Below are positions 26,836 through 40,000 of a stretch of 64,000 nucleotides of DNA, in pieces. Under the pieces are notes generated by a model. That model saw only the letters and a program-made list of their open reading frames with translations. It was not told the origin of the DNA and made no database searches. The translations under genes were made by a program, and so were the position numbers. Every line of letters begins with the position of its first letter. Position 1 is the first letter of the stretch. Origin of the DNA: Geosiphon pyriformis uo1 (Eukaryota > Fungi > Glomeromycota); assembly GCA_016748015.1 (NCBI GenBank), contig JAAOMT010000672.1, positions 137,428 to 201,427 on the forward strand. Direction: 5' to 3'.

Positions 26836-27555
26836 CTAAATAATATCTCTAATTTCGTCTGGTAACATAACTTCCTCCTCAAAACTGAGCTCTGTCAAAA
26901 TCCAAGTACTGTCTGTTATTTCCAGATAATAATCCAAAATTATTGAAGAAATTTGGTCTGAAAATTGTTGAAATTTCAGTTCTGTGAGCTTTCCAATATA
27001 TTGAATCTTCAAAGGTTGAAAAATTGGGTTTTGTAGTACGTTTTCACAGGTGTGGAATAGGTCATAAAGTCTAAGAGCAGCTCTAAGCCTGTAGCAACTG
27101 TTTGTTAATCCAGTTGTTGTTTTGAATTCGTTGTGGAGTTGTTTCTGAATAGCCTCTTTTGTGAGGTTTGCTGTTGTAAGTTCCAGTTTCCATTCGTAGA
27201 GTGTTTTTCCTATGTGAAAATATTTATAGATTAGAGGATATTCAGTGTTTTCCTCATTGAAACACAGTTGAAGTTTTTGTTGAATTGTAGCATTTGGTGG
27301 AATACTAATTGGAGTGGGCATTAGGTTTTCTCTTAAAACAAGCTTTAAAAGTTCTGGGAGGTGAATTTCAGTATAACTTCTTGTATTCTTTTTATATGGA
27401 TGATATTTTCGTGAATTTGGGGCTAAATTTGTAACTACTTCTGTTTGGGTATAATTAATGTGGTTTCCAGTAACAATAATGGATAATTCGAGTATTGTTT
27501 TTAAAGCTAACATTAGTTTTTGGGATAATTGTTGAATGTTTTGAGGAATAGTCAT
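26836..27555 (-). CDS. Element B ORF3, intact 239-aa protein of unknown function in the env position
   Basis: Open ATG-to-stop, runs across the PPT into the 3' LTR; homolog at 63261-63848; no evident signal peptide or TM segment. Confidence 0.8.
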   Translation of the reverse strand: MTIPQNIQQLSQKLMLALKTILELSIIVTGNHINYTQTEVVTNLAPNSRKYHPYKKNTRSYTEIHLPELLKLVLRENLMPTPISIPPNATIQQKLQLCFNEENTEYPLIYKYFHIGKTLYEWKLELTTANLTKEAIQKQLHNEFKTTTGLTNSCYRLRAALRLYDLFHTCENVLQNPIFQPLKIQYIGKLTELKFQQFSDQISSIILDYYLEITDSTWILTELSFEEEVMLPDEIRDII

Positions 27556-27676
27556 TATAAGCGATTTGAAATAAAAGAAAATTATTTTTTTTTGGTGTAT
27601 AGGTTTTTATGTTATTTTTTGTTTTGTTTTTGTGAGATTGTTTCTAAATTATAAGAAAATAACTAGTAAAATTAAA

Positions 27677-29062
27677 TTAAGTGTTCAGGTTGGAAGGTTG
27701 TTCAATGACAACTATTGGTTCTAAGTTTTGGGGAATGTCTTCGGGACTGACCAAAGGGGAATGTGTACCAATTTGTGGAATTAATGGTTCAGGATTGTTT
27801 CTGGAATGATAGTGTTTCAAATGATCTCCATGTGCAACTTTTGCTAGGATTTTGTTATCAAGTCTTAGCTTGTATGATCCATTGCCTAGGACTTTATGGA
27901 TAAAGAATGGTTTATCCCATTTATTTTCAAATTTTCTACTCCATTGTTTTTCAGCTTTAGTTCTGTATAAGAGAACTTTGTTTCCAATTTTGAATTTATT
28001 GGTGACTGAAGGCAATTTGTCATCATGCCGTTCTTTTTGTTGAGCTTGGGAGTGTTCAATATGGGTGACTGCTATTCGTCATTTTCCTTCCAATGTGCTA
28101 AGCAGAGTGTAGGCTCTTCACTGAAGTGTTTCTTGGAAATTGTTTTTATTGATCGGTTGTGCTGGGTATGTTTCTACTGTGAAACTAATTGGTAACGTTG
28201 CCGTCCTTCTATAAGTTAAATCAAATGGTGTGTGTTTTGTGGTATCTTGTTTTAATGTCCTATATGCTAGTAACACTGATGGGATAAAGAGATCCCATTC
28301 TTGCTCAAAATCAGTTGAAACTTTGGCTAATAACTCACACAATGTTCTGTTAAACTGTTTCACAAGTCCATTTGTTTGTGGATGGTAGGGCGAAGACAGA
28401 GGTCTTTTGACATTGAATCGTTCACAAATTTTTTGTATTAGGTTGTTCACAAAGTGTGTTCCCTGATCAGATAAAAGTTCAATTGGACATCCATGTCTAC
28501 AAATGATGTCTTCGTAGATAAAATTTGCTACTGATTTTGCATCTGCTCGTTGAATGGCTCTGGCTTCAGGCCATTTAGTAAGATAATCTACAGCTACTGC
28601 AATATAATGGTTTCTTTGAGTGGTGATAGATAGTGGTCTGACTAAATCGATACCAACTCTGTCAAAAGACTGTCCAACTTTGATTGGATTTAAAGGTTCT
28701 GTAGGGCGAGTTCCTCCTTTTCTTTGACAAATATCACAAGATTCGACATATTCATGAATGTCTTTTCTCATTTGAGGCCAAAAGTAGTATTCTATTGTTC
28801 TTTGAGTGGTGCTATCTTTTCCGAAGTGTGCTGATGAAGGATCTGAGTGCATATTGTATAAAATGGTCTCTTTTTTCTGTTCTTGTATTAATCTGAGTGG
28901 TTTGGTTGGGTTTTTGAGATTTTGATGATAGATAATATTGTTGTGTAGAAAATATTGTTTGGCTTGTTGTTGTAACTGATGTTTTTCGTCTGGGGACCAA
29001 TCTGTTGGAATTGTTAATGTCTCCAAATATTGTTTAAGATTGTTGTAGTTTTCGGGGTTCAT
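27677..29062 (-). pseudogene. Element B stand-alone integrase ORF
   Basis: MNPENY...; MHSDPSSAHFG...CDICQ; GIDLV, SDQGTHF, NGLVKQFN; WDKPFF; ORFs 28118-29062 and 27677-28015 in one frame. Confidence 0.9.
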
Positions 29063-29110
29063 TGTTTGTTGTTTTGATGCTGTTAATTCAAATGAGTGTT
29101 GGTTTTGTTT

Positions 29111-32100
29111 CTAATCTTGCCTCATCCTTGAGAGACAATCAACGTTGGTGTGGAGTTTTCCTGGTTTGTGGTGTACAATATATCAGTAATTAGCTAAAAA
29201 TCTTGTCTATCGGGTTTGTTTTGCGTTCAGCTGGGTGTTTTTGTTTTGAAGCCATTTAAGTCCAATATTATCAGTGATAATATCGAATTCTTTGGGTCTG
29301 AGGTAAAGGTTGAAGTGATATAGGGCCCAGATTACTGCTGCAGTTTCTAATTCTGTTGTGGAGTAGTTCTTTTCAGCTGGCTTTAATGTTTTACTAGCAT
29401 AAGTAATTACTCGCTCATTTCCATTGTTATCTAACTGTGATAGGATGGCACCAAAGACAGTATAAAAAGTGTCAGTTGCTAACTGGAATCGGTTGCTGAA
29501 GTCTGGGTAGGTGAGAATTGGGGCTGTTGTGAGTTTTTCCTTAAGTATCTTGAAGGCATTTTGGTGTTCTTTTGTCCATTTGTATTTGACATTTTTCGTA
29601 GTGAGCTGGTTAAGGGGTTTTGCAATTTCTGAGAATCCTTTGATGAATTTTCGGTAATAGGATGCTAATCCAATAAATCCTCTTAATTCTGTGGTATTTC
29701 GTGGAGTCTTGAAGTTTTTGACAGTACTGATTTTTTCGGGGTCTGGTTTAATTCCATTTTTGCTAACAATGTGACCAAGAAAAGCTAAACTTGTCTTTCT
29801 AAAGTAGCATTTTTCAATGTTCAATTTCAATCCTGCTTTTCGTAATCGTTGAAAAACTTCTCACAGGTGAATTAAATATAGCTCGAAAGATGGTAAATAA
29901 ACATCAGTGTCATCAAGATAAACTACTACTGATTTCCAAAGGAGATCTTTGTAAACAACATCCATGAGTCTTTGGAATGTTGCTGGTGCATTGCATAATC
30001 TGAAAGACATTACATTGAACTTGTAATTTCCTCCTTGAGTGGTGAATGCTGTTTTGGGGCGGTTTTTGGGATCCATAGCAACTTGCCAGTATTCACTCTC
30101 TAAATCTAATGTTGAAAAGTATTTGGACTTTCCAAGGACATCCAACATGTCATCAATTCAGGGAAGAGGGTAGGCATTCCCAATGGTGACACTGTTGAGT
30201 TGTCGGTAATCAACACAAAATCATATCTTTCTATTTTTCTTTTTAACTAGAACCACAGGTGAGGCCCATGGGCTCATTGATGGTTGAATAAGCCCATTGT
30301 TAAGCATCCGTTGTACTTCTTTTCGAATAAATTGGTGACTTTCTGGAGCAACTTGGTAGGCTTGTTGTTGTCTGGGTTTGACATTTCCTGTATAGATTTG
30401 GTGTTGAACCAAATCGGTTCTTCCTAAGTCATTGTTGTTTTCGGCAAAGATATCAGCAAATTCTGCAATTAGTTCTTTGAGCTGGGTCTGTTGTTGTAGT
30501 TCAAGTTGTTCCATGTTGATTCGAAATAGTTTTTCCATGACAACATGGTAGTTTTCAGAGCTAGGGTTTGGGTTGATTTTCGGTAATGAATGTCCAATAA
30601 TTTCAGAGAAATCGGGGACTGTTTGGGGTAATTCTTGTTGAAATATATTACTGTGAATAACTCCAATTTCTAAATTATTTAATAAAATTATGGGGTAATT
30701 ATTGGGGTTGTAAAAAGTAACTCGGACTTTCTTTGTTCCTTCTGGAATATAAATGTTTGGGATCAAAATATTATGTTCCAAGCAGACTTGTTCATTGGAC
30801 TCAAAAATTTGTTGTGTGGTTGTTGGCTTTGTGCAAGTGTAAATTTCTGGATGTTCTCCAAAGGATGAGATGGTAATCGGTTGTGGAAGTCTGAGAATCT
30901 GGTGGGATTTGTTCTGTGTATTAAGAGCTATATTAACTGAAACTGTAAATTGTCCAGTTGAACCAAAGCCTTGGGTTCCTCTATCGTTTTTTCCTAATTG
31001 TTCTCTTTGATTGACTAGTTGCAAACCTGAAATGTTGATTAAGGGTAGGTAAATAGCTTGGGCAATTTTTTCAGCATGTTCGATCTTGAATGGTTTGTCA
31101 GTTTCATTTTGAAGCATCACTGTTATGTCTCCAGTATATCCAGCATTGATTATTCCTCCTCTGACATTAATTTCTTTGCTTGCCAGAGAGGACCGAGAGG
31201 CAATTTGAACCATTGCTCCTGGCGGGATTTTGAGTGCAATTTTGAGGTTGATTTTTGTGAGAGATTTGGGTTTGAGAACAAAAGTATCTTTGCCTGGATA
31301 TCTTAGGTCATATCCAGCATCAATTTCGTGTGTTTTTTCAGGTTTTATTCCTTGTCTGTTGTTGTTGAAGTATTTAAGTTGTAAGGCAGGCTAATTTTCG
31401 ATAAGGTAGATGGGTGTTGTTTCAATTTCTTCCGTTTCTTCAGGTTCTCCAAATTCAATTTCATTCTCATCATTTTTGCTGGGCAAGGGGATACTAAGAG
31501 CATAGCATTTGGGACACCATTGTTCATCACAAGGCATAATGCATTCTTCACATAGCCTAATGTTCATTTGCTCTAATTGTTGAATTTGAGCTTCTTGGGT
31601 CGGGTAGGTGTGACTTGCAATTTGGTGATAGACTTCTACTTCATCTTTGTAATCAAATCCAGCTAATTCCATAGTGTATTCAATGTATTCTGCTTCCTTC
31701 ATTTGACGAACATCTTCTTTGGTAGCTCTATTAATTAATGCCATTGCTAAGTCGAAAATCATCTTGGCGTCATGAGGGTAGTGATAAAGTTTGTTGAGAG
31801 CACTGTTGTATGCTGCATTAAAGGGTGTTCCTCTTTTTACTTTTTCTGAAATTGATAAGGCATATTGGCAGGTCTGATCGCAGATGCCTCCTCTCATTGC
31901 TACATCAATTCAATTGCATTCTTCTGGTAGCATATCCCCACAAGTCAAACAAGGGGTGTTGTCCCATTTTCTGCTCCTTTTTATTAGATGGCCCCATCGC
32001 TCTCTGTGGCAAGCCTTGCAGTAATAACAAGTATAATTCTCATATTCTTCTTCAAGTGAAATGCAGGCTCCCATTGACGATAGTTTCTTGTGGCAGTCCT

Positions 32101-34732
32101 TACATTTAAGGGGAATATAGAAGTGTTGTTTTCTTGGTTCGGGTTTTGAGTAAGGTATATTCCATTCAGAGGTTTCGGGTTTAGTGTGTGGGGTAAAATG
32201 TTCTTGTTCTGTTTCATTGGCCTAGTTGGACGTTGATCCAAGAGCCATGAATGTTTTAATTATTGGTTTTTCTTCTTCTGGTTCAAATTCAAAAGCCGGG
32301 GCTTTTTCAGAGCATTTGTTGAATGTACCACAAATGGCAGGTATTCAGGCATGTTGTCCTTGGTAGAAGATTGTTAACTCTTGTGTTTCCCAGTTCAGAT
32401 TAGCATTGGCTTTTTGAAGCCAATCATTTCTGACAAGGGCTTGGTACTGGGGTGCATTTATTACAAGAACTTTAACTGGAATGGTGATTTCATCAAGAGT
32501 GAACGGAAAATTGTCAATTTCTCTTACTGGTGTCTTTTTCATGCCATCAGCAGTGACAATTACTGTTTGAGCTGGTCAGTCGACATTTCTTTTCAACTGT
32601 TGTATTAACTGATAGGTAATAATGCTTCCGGCGGATCCACTGTCTAGGATCAAGTGAATTGGCTTTCCTTCTACTTCAGCTTCTGTGTACATTGCAGTGA
32701 TGGCTTTTTGCTCATTAGCTGCTGCATTGCTAAGCAAGAATGGTGATTCATTTGCTTCAAATTCAAAAGGAAAGATATCAGAGAGATTGGCGTTTTCAGC
32801 AATTCGGGCTAGTGGAATAGTAATGTGGTTATGAGAAGGGTTTCATTGTTGTTGTGCTGCAGCTCTACCTTCCGAGAGTACAGTATGGTGAAAATCCTGT
32901 TCTTTTGGCATTGTTAAATAACTAGGTTGAGTGTGGTAATGGTTGGGTCTTAATTGAGTGGTATTTTGAAGAACCAATTGGTTGTTCGGACTGATTCTAT
33001 TGTTGTTTACTTGGTATCGGTTTTGTGGTGTGAATTGATTTTGTGTAATCAGTCTTCGAGCAGGTACTTGATAATGTTGTATGGGTGGTTGTTGGTATTG
33101 CTGTTGGATTGGTTGTGGGGCAGGCTGATAATAGTTATTTTGGTATTGGGGTTTTGGTGGATAGTAAGCTGGTGGTAATGGTTGATAATAAGATTGCTGT
33201 AGTGGAGAGTAATATTGATTACCCCTGTTTTGTTGGTCTCACTGTAGCTTTCTGCAATCTCTTTTCCAGTGGCCAGAGATTCCACAGTAATGGCAATTCT
33301 GGGGCTGGTTATTTGAAAGTGGTGCAAAGTTATTTTGATTTCGTCTTTGGGGTGGTTGATATCTTTGGGGTTGTTGTTGTTGTTGGTTGGTAAAATAGTT
33401 TTCAACCTTCATTGTGAGTTGGTCAATTTTTTCCTCAGCTGCTGAGCTGGTTTCTCCAATTGCCAAATTTACAAGTTTTGTACAATTGGCCTCTTCCATG
33501 GCCATTTCGTATCTTTTTGCATGCTGCATGGCAGAGTTTAAATCTTCTGGCGTGTGTGGGCAAACCTTTTTAATTAGTTTATCTTTTAGACCAGCAATAA
33601 ATTGATCCAAGATTTGAGCATCGAAATAATAATTGTTTGTCTCGAGTTGACGAATCCGTCTGAGAAGTTTGTTGAATTTCCCAATATAAGTCATAATGGA
33701 TTCGGAGGGTTCTTGTTTGATATTTTGAAAACAATTGCGAAGAGTGATAGAGATATTATTGTCGGTGAACTGTTCAAGGAAGGCTGCTTTGAAAGCATTC
33801 CAATCATTGAATGGGGCGGCAAGGTTTTCAAACCATTCTTCTGCTGTTCCTTTGAGAAAGTAGGGAATCGTTCTTAACATTCTGGCAGCATTCCATCCAT
33901 TTACATCTCCAGCTTTAGTAACTTGGTTGAGCCATTCTTGGGGACTGGTCTCAATATCTTCTCCATTGAATTCAGGGATTTTTGCGATGTATGTTGTCAT
34001 TTTGTTTTCTTCATTTTCACTGTCTATTGATTCTTCTTCGGTTATTTCAGAGTTGTTTTCTTCGTTTGCTGCTGTCTCAGAGTGTTCACTTTGATTTTCA
34101 GCTAGAAAATCAAGGAGATTGAAACTAGTTTGAAGGGGTTCTTGTTGTCTGGTGGGACTTCTGAGTAATGTAAAATCTTCTGGTCTTACAAATCGATTCA
34201 AGGGTGAATTAGGTGTTTGTGCTTATACAAGTGAGGCTGGAAAAGATGTGATAGTAAGTGGAAGTTTTGAACTGGTTCCTTGTTCAGGTGTTTGTAAATG
34301 TTTAGCAGTTGTTTTCGGTAGTGTTGGAGTATTTGGGGTGGTTCTTGAATATTGCTTTAATTTGTTTTTGCCTTTGTTGCTTGTTTCTGTTTCCGATTCA
34401 AAATCAATAGTGTATTGAGACTGCACTGGATATGTTTCTTCACAGTATGTGATAATGTTATAATTAAGTTCGTGAAAGTAAATGGCAAGTGTTTCACTAT
34501 TAAGGTCTTCAGTTCCCAACTGTGAATAGTGTGCTAAATTATTGTAAAAGTTGCTTCTAACTTCTGAGATATTGTAATTTCCAAAAAGATAATTGTTGAT
34601 GCGGTTTTCAATGTATTGGTATACTGATTTCTTGACAATTTCAATTCCGTCTGGAATGTTGAATCTTTGCTTGCAGTGGATGTAAACTGATTGGTAATAC
34701 TCTAGAGTTGTTGTGTCTGGTGTGGTCGCCAC
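29111..34732 (-). pseudogene. Element B gag-pol (one frame) incl. Cys-rich module ~31500-32110 and dUTPase ~30953-31380
   Basis: CHYCGISGHWKRDC; LILDSGSAGSII ~32620-32655; RSSLAS, GGIINAGYTG, RGTQGFGSTG; YLDDT; RH ends DCLSRMRQD*. Confidence 0.92.
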
Positions 34733-35757
34733 TTTGAAGTTGTTTTTGCTGTGTTGCTTCCGTAAGAGAGCACCAAATGTTACTGGAGGTTTTTGGTCTC
34801 TTTTCTGTAATGTTGTTGATGCTTGTTTGCTGTGAATTCACATTTTCTGGATGTGGTTGAACCTCCAGTAACTGAATTTATCTTCAAATTATCTCCTATA
34901 ATTTGAACTTGCTGGGCTTATGAGTGGAATGACCAATTCCGTGCCAGTTGCTTTATGTAGTTACATTGTAGTAAACATCAACTCTTTTCTAGGAATTGCT
35001 CGTCTGGAAGCTTACTAAAAATGTGTAATTACTTTGCTATGAAAGTCAACTCTTCTACAGAAATCTCGTCTGTAGGCTACCCCAATGATTGTAATAAGAA
35101 AATAAAAAAAAATAAAAGAAATGTAAAAGAAATAAAATTTTGTCGAGGGAAACGTTTTCTATCCAGGCCTGGAGTCACTAACAGTTTACTGAAATTGGTA
35201 GCTAATCAATTTCGAAATGTTAGTTGGGTTTTGGAGATTTTCCAAGTACAATAATTGAAGAATTTGGTTTTTCGAATTATTTGATATTTATTTCTTTTTG
35301 TGTGTATAGGAATAGTTTTTAAGAGATAAATCTAAGGTAAGATACATTTTCTCGAAGAGAGAAGCTCTTCTTTTATACAACTTGTCATAACACTATTCTA
35401 TGAACTTGAACTTTGCTATTTTCTAAAATTTCGCTGAACTAAAGATACATTTCGGCAAATTACAAATTATTTCGGCAAACTATTAGATATTTCGGTGAAC
35501 TATCAATTATTTCGGCAAATTTCTACAAATTTCGGCGAACTTCTAAATGTTACATAGTTCAGAATATTGCATGATTAATCATCACAATTAGGTTACATTT
35601 GTGTTGTGTACAATTTGGGTTATTAATTAAATGATAATTTCGGACATTTTTGCTAATGTAATAAGTGATTATTTGAAATGATAATATATGCTAATTAATA
35701 ATAGGATTTATAAGATAATTTCATGCTAAATGATATCTCTAATTTCGTCTGGTAACA

Positions 35758-37092
35758 CCATACATTATAAAAAAGAAAAAAACAACAAAAATGCCAATGG
35801 TTTGTCATGAATGAGACAAATCTAAGGACATTTTAACCCAAAAATATAACAAAACCAAAACAATACTCACAAAAATATAACAAAAGATGAACACACAAAA
35901 ATATCAACAACTTCAACATTATATAAATACTCAACAGTTCAAGGAGAAATTATCTTAACCAGAACAAAAGAGGATCAAATAACAATCCAAATATTTTATC
36001 ACTTACCAAAATATACTTTATCAGAAAAATAGAAAAGATTCAGATCAGCCAACCAGAGTAATTACAGAACCAGAAAAAGAGACAATACTATTCAACATGT
36101 GCTCAGATCCAACTACAGGACATTTTCATAAAAAAGCAACCATGGAAAGAACCAAAAAGAGATACTATTGGCCATCAATATATCCAAACATCATCCAATA
36201 TGTGCAAAATTGTGATGCTTGTCAAAAAAGAGAAGGAACAAGACCCAGCAAACCATTGAGACCAATCAAAGTAAAACAACCATTTGACTGCATTGGAATT
36301 GATTTAGTTGGACCATTAACAATTACCAGCAGAGGCAACAAATATATTGCAGTAGCCATAAACTATCTTACAAAATGGCCAGAAACAAAAGCAATTCAAA
36401 GAGTGGATGCAGAATCTGTTGCCAAATTCGTCCATCAAGATTTGATTTGTCGACATGGATGTCCAAAAGAACTATTATCAGACCAAGAAACCCACTTTGT
36501 GAATAGAACATTAGCAGAACTAAGCCAAAGATTCGGAATTAAGAAACCACTATTATCACCATATCATCTACAAACAAATGGTCTAGTTGAAAAATTTAAT
36601 AAAACATTGTGTAAAGCAATTGCCAAATTCAGCCAAGAAAACCAGGACGAATGGGATTTGTTCATACCATCAGTACTATTTGCTTATTGGACAATAAAGC
36701 AAGATACTACACAAGCAACACCATTTGAATTGATATACAATAGAACAGCAACATTACTAGTTGAGATAGAGGTTACCACATATATTCAATTGAACCAATA
36801 ACAGAAGAGAATCTCCAAGAAACATTGTTAAGAAGAACATATGACTTAATAGAAACATTAGAAAACAAACGAAGAAGAGCAGCTGATAATATACAAAAGT
36901 CACAAGAGAAACAGAAAAAAAGACATGATAATCAACTACCAAACAAACCAGTTGAATTCAGAGTTAGAGACAAAGTACTCTTATACTGTACCAAAGCAGA
37001 AAAACAATGGAGTGAAAAATTTGACTCCAAATGGGATGGATTATTTCACATAGAAGAAATTCTAGGAAATGGAGCTTACAAATTAAGACTGG
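35758..37092 (+). mobile_element. Element D (family A), left part: end of RNase H, spacer, integrase to the point of C insertion
   Basis: Collinear with A ~23290-24588; RH stop 35823-35825; IN ATG 35887; ORFs 36097-36801 and 36825-37100. Confidence 0.9.
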
Positions 37093-40000
37093 TGTTATAA
37101 TTGATTATTTGGGGTCTCGAATCAAATAACAAACTCATAACTTGGTATTCAAAAGCTATTTCCATTGATGATGTTCTGAAAGTGTTGTATTTGAAGGTTT
37201 TGATGGAGTCTTTTGTATAATGGACAGAGATTCAATAGTTGTTTTATCCATAGCTTTCCAGATTCGTAAGTCTGTTAATTCTTTTTTTGGCTTGGTGGCC
37301 GGCAATTCTCTGATAAGTAATCCATATCTTCTGTATGTGTTCTATCCACTTACAGGGGTCTTTTATCAGACAATTTTTAATATCAGTAATCAGCACTTTC
37401 AATCAATTGGTTAGTGCACAATAACAAAATCACAGAAAAAATAAAAAAAATAAAGAAATCTAAAGAAATAAGCCAAGGTGATTTGCAGATTAGTATCCTG
37501 TCAATAGCCATGATCAAGAGCTATTGTTCCAGCATAGTTAAGTATCAATTACTATCAACGCTTCATGTTGATAGTGGAGAGTGGATTGAGATATGAAATA
37601 ATTATTTATTTGATAATTGTGTTTTTAGGCTAAAGATTCTGTGGTATCGATTTTGTCTTTTCTGTTTCTAACACTACTGTTATATATACATATTTGAAAT
37701 TCCTCAATTTCTCAATTCCTTGTGACAGGAATCCTGGAATTCTGTGATTCCTAATGAGAGGAATCCTGGAATTCTGGAATTCTGTAATTCCTTGTCAGAG
37801 AATCCTGAAATTCCTGGAATCCTGCAATTTCTCTGAGAGGAATTCTGGAATTCCACATTTACTACATCTACTTCTGATTGGCTAATATCTACTGACTAAT
37901 AATACTATATTTTCCTATATTCTATGAGTAACATTATTTCCTCCTTTTAATATTGAGCTCTGTCGAAATCTAATTCCTTTAATTCTCCCTCTTGAATTAT
38001 TTCTTGAACTTCTTTTTCGAGTATTATTTGTGTTATTTGAATTTGTAATTCTTCAAATTGGGTGTTGGTCATTTTTCCCAATTGATTACTTGTAACTGTG
38101 TCCATTGCTGTGTTGAGTAAGATTTCTGGTCAGTCTTGAAATCTCATATATAGTTGGTAAATGGCTTGAGCTTGTGTGATTAGATTGTTCTTTCTCACAA
38201 ATTGTTCTAGTTGTCTTAGTATTGTTGTGTTGAATAACTGTTTTGTTTTGTCAGTGTACAAATTCTGGATATTTACGTGTTGTTCCAAGTAAAAATGACA
38301 ATAGTTTTTCGGAAATTGTTGCGTCCACTAAGTCCAAGTTTCTCTGGTAAGGTCTTGGTGTAATCCAACTATTTGTTGTTTATTTATGACCAATTTTATC
38401 TTGGTCATGATCTTGTCAACAACATTTTCAAGTTTTTTCTGTGCTTTGTGTTGTGGTATTTTTGCCATATTTTTGTAATAAATGGTTTGTTAATTGATTG
38501 TAATTTTCATTTCTTGGTGTTGGATCAATTGAAAGAGTTGTTGTACTAATGAGTGGATGTTGTCGGTTATTTCCATTTTTCTGGTATCTTTTGTCATGTC
38601 GATCATGTCTTTATATACTCTTTTGTTGTTCAATTTTACGTGTTTGGTCTAATAATTATGATTGGTTCCCAGTTTTGTGGAATCTTATCTGGTTGGACTA
38701 GTATTCTTTGTACTTCCAGTTGTGGAATGTTATTGGTAGATGCTGATGCTATCTGGTAATATGGTTTCAGTCAATCACTATGTGCTGCTTTGGCTAAGAT
38801 TTTGTTATTCAGTCTTAATTTGTAAGCTCTATTTCCTAGAATTTCTTCTATGTGAAATGGTCCATCCCATTTGGGGTCAAATTTCCCACTTCATTGTTTT
38901 TCTATTTTAGTACAATGTAAAAGTACTTTGTCTCCAATCTTGAATTCAACTGGTTTGTCTGGTAGTTGGTTATCATGTCTCTCTTTTAGTTTCTCTTGTG
39001 CCTTTTTAATATTATCCACTACTCTTCATTGCTTGTTTTCTAGAGTTTCCATCAAATCATATGTTCTTCTTAGTAACGTTTCCTGAAAATTGTCTACAGT
39101 TATTGGTTCTGTTAAATAAGTGTTGACTTCTATCTCAACTGGTAGTGTTGCTGTTCTACTGTATACTAATTCAAATGGTGTTGTTTGTGTGGTGTCTTGT
39201 TTCATTGTCCGATAAGCCAATAGTATGGATGGTATAAACAAATCCCATTTGTCTTGGTTTTTTTGGCTGAGTTTTGCTATTGCTTTACACAAGATTCTAT
39301 TAAATCTTTCAACTAATCTATTGGTTTGTAGATAGTATGATGATGATAGTGGTCTCTTAATTCCAAATCTTTGGCTTAGTTCTGCTAATGTTCTATTTAC
39401 AAAATGGGTTCCTTGGTCTGATAATAGTTCTTTTGGACATCCATGTCGACAAATCAAATCTTGATGAATGAATTCGGCAATGGATTCTGCATCTGCTCTT
39501 TGAATTGCCTTTGTTTCTGGCTATTTTGTAAGATAGTTCATGGTTACTGCAATATATCTGTTGCCTCTGCTGGTAATTGTCAATGGTCCGACTAAATCAA
39601 TTCCAATGTGGTCAAATGATTGTCCCACTTTGATTGGTCTTAATGGTTTGCTGGGTCTTGTTCCTCCTCTTTTTTGACAAGCATCACAATTTTGTACATA
39701 TTGTATAATGTCTGGATACATTAATGGCCAATAGTATCTCTTTCTGGTTCTTTTCATGGTTGCTTCTTTATGAAAATGTCTTGCAGTTAGATCTAAGTGT
39801 ATGTTGAACAGTATTGTTTCCTTTTCTGGTTCTGTAATTACTCTGGTTGGTTAATCTGAATCTTTTCTATTTTTCTGATAAAGTATATTTTAGTAAGTGA
39901 TAAAATATTTGGATTGTTGTTTGATCCTTTTTTGTTCTGGTTGAGATAATTTCTCCTTGAACTCTTAAGTATCTATATAATGTTGAAGTTGTTGCTATTT

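Larger units (their letters stand above)
25888..35757 (-). mobile_element. Element B: full-length dUTPase-bearing Ty3/Gypsy element (family B) with mismatched flanks
   Basis: 980-bp LTRs 25888-26867 and 34778-35757 (TGTTAC...GTAACA, ~96% identical by hand count); PBS 34765-34775; PPT next to 26868; flanks ATGG / CCAT. Confidence 0.95.

Noticed and set aside
25883-35762. B flanks TATGG / CCATA are reverse complements, suggesting an inverted TSD or inversion
   Set aside because: Each flank is native sequence of a different host site (A LTR; D RNase H), both on the plus strand; coincidence is plausible given the TG/CA target bias.
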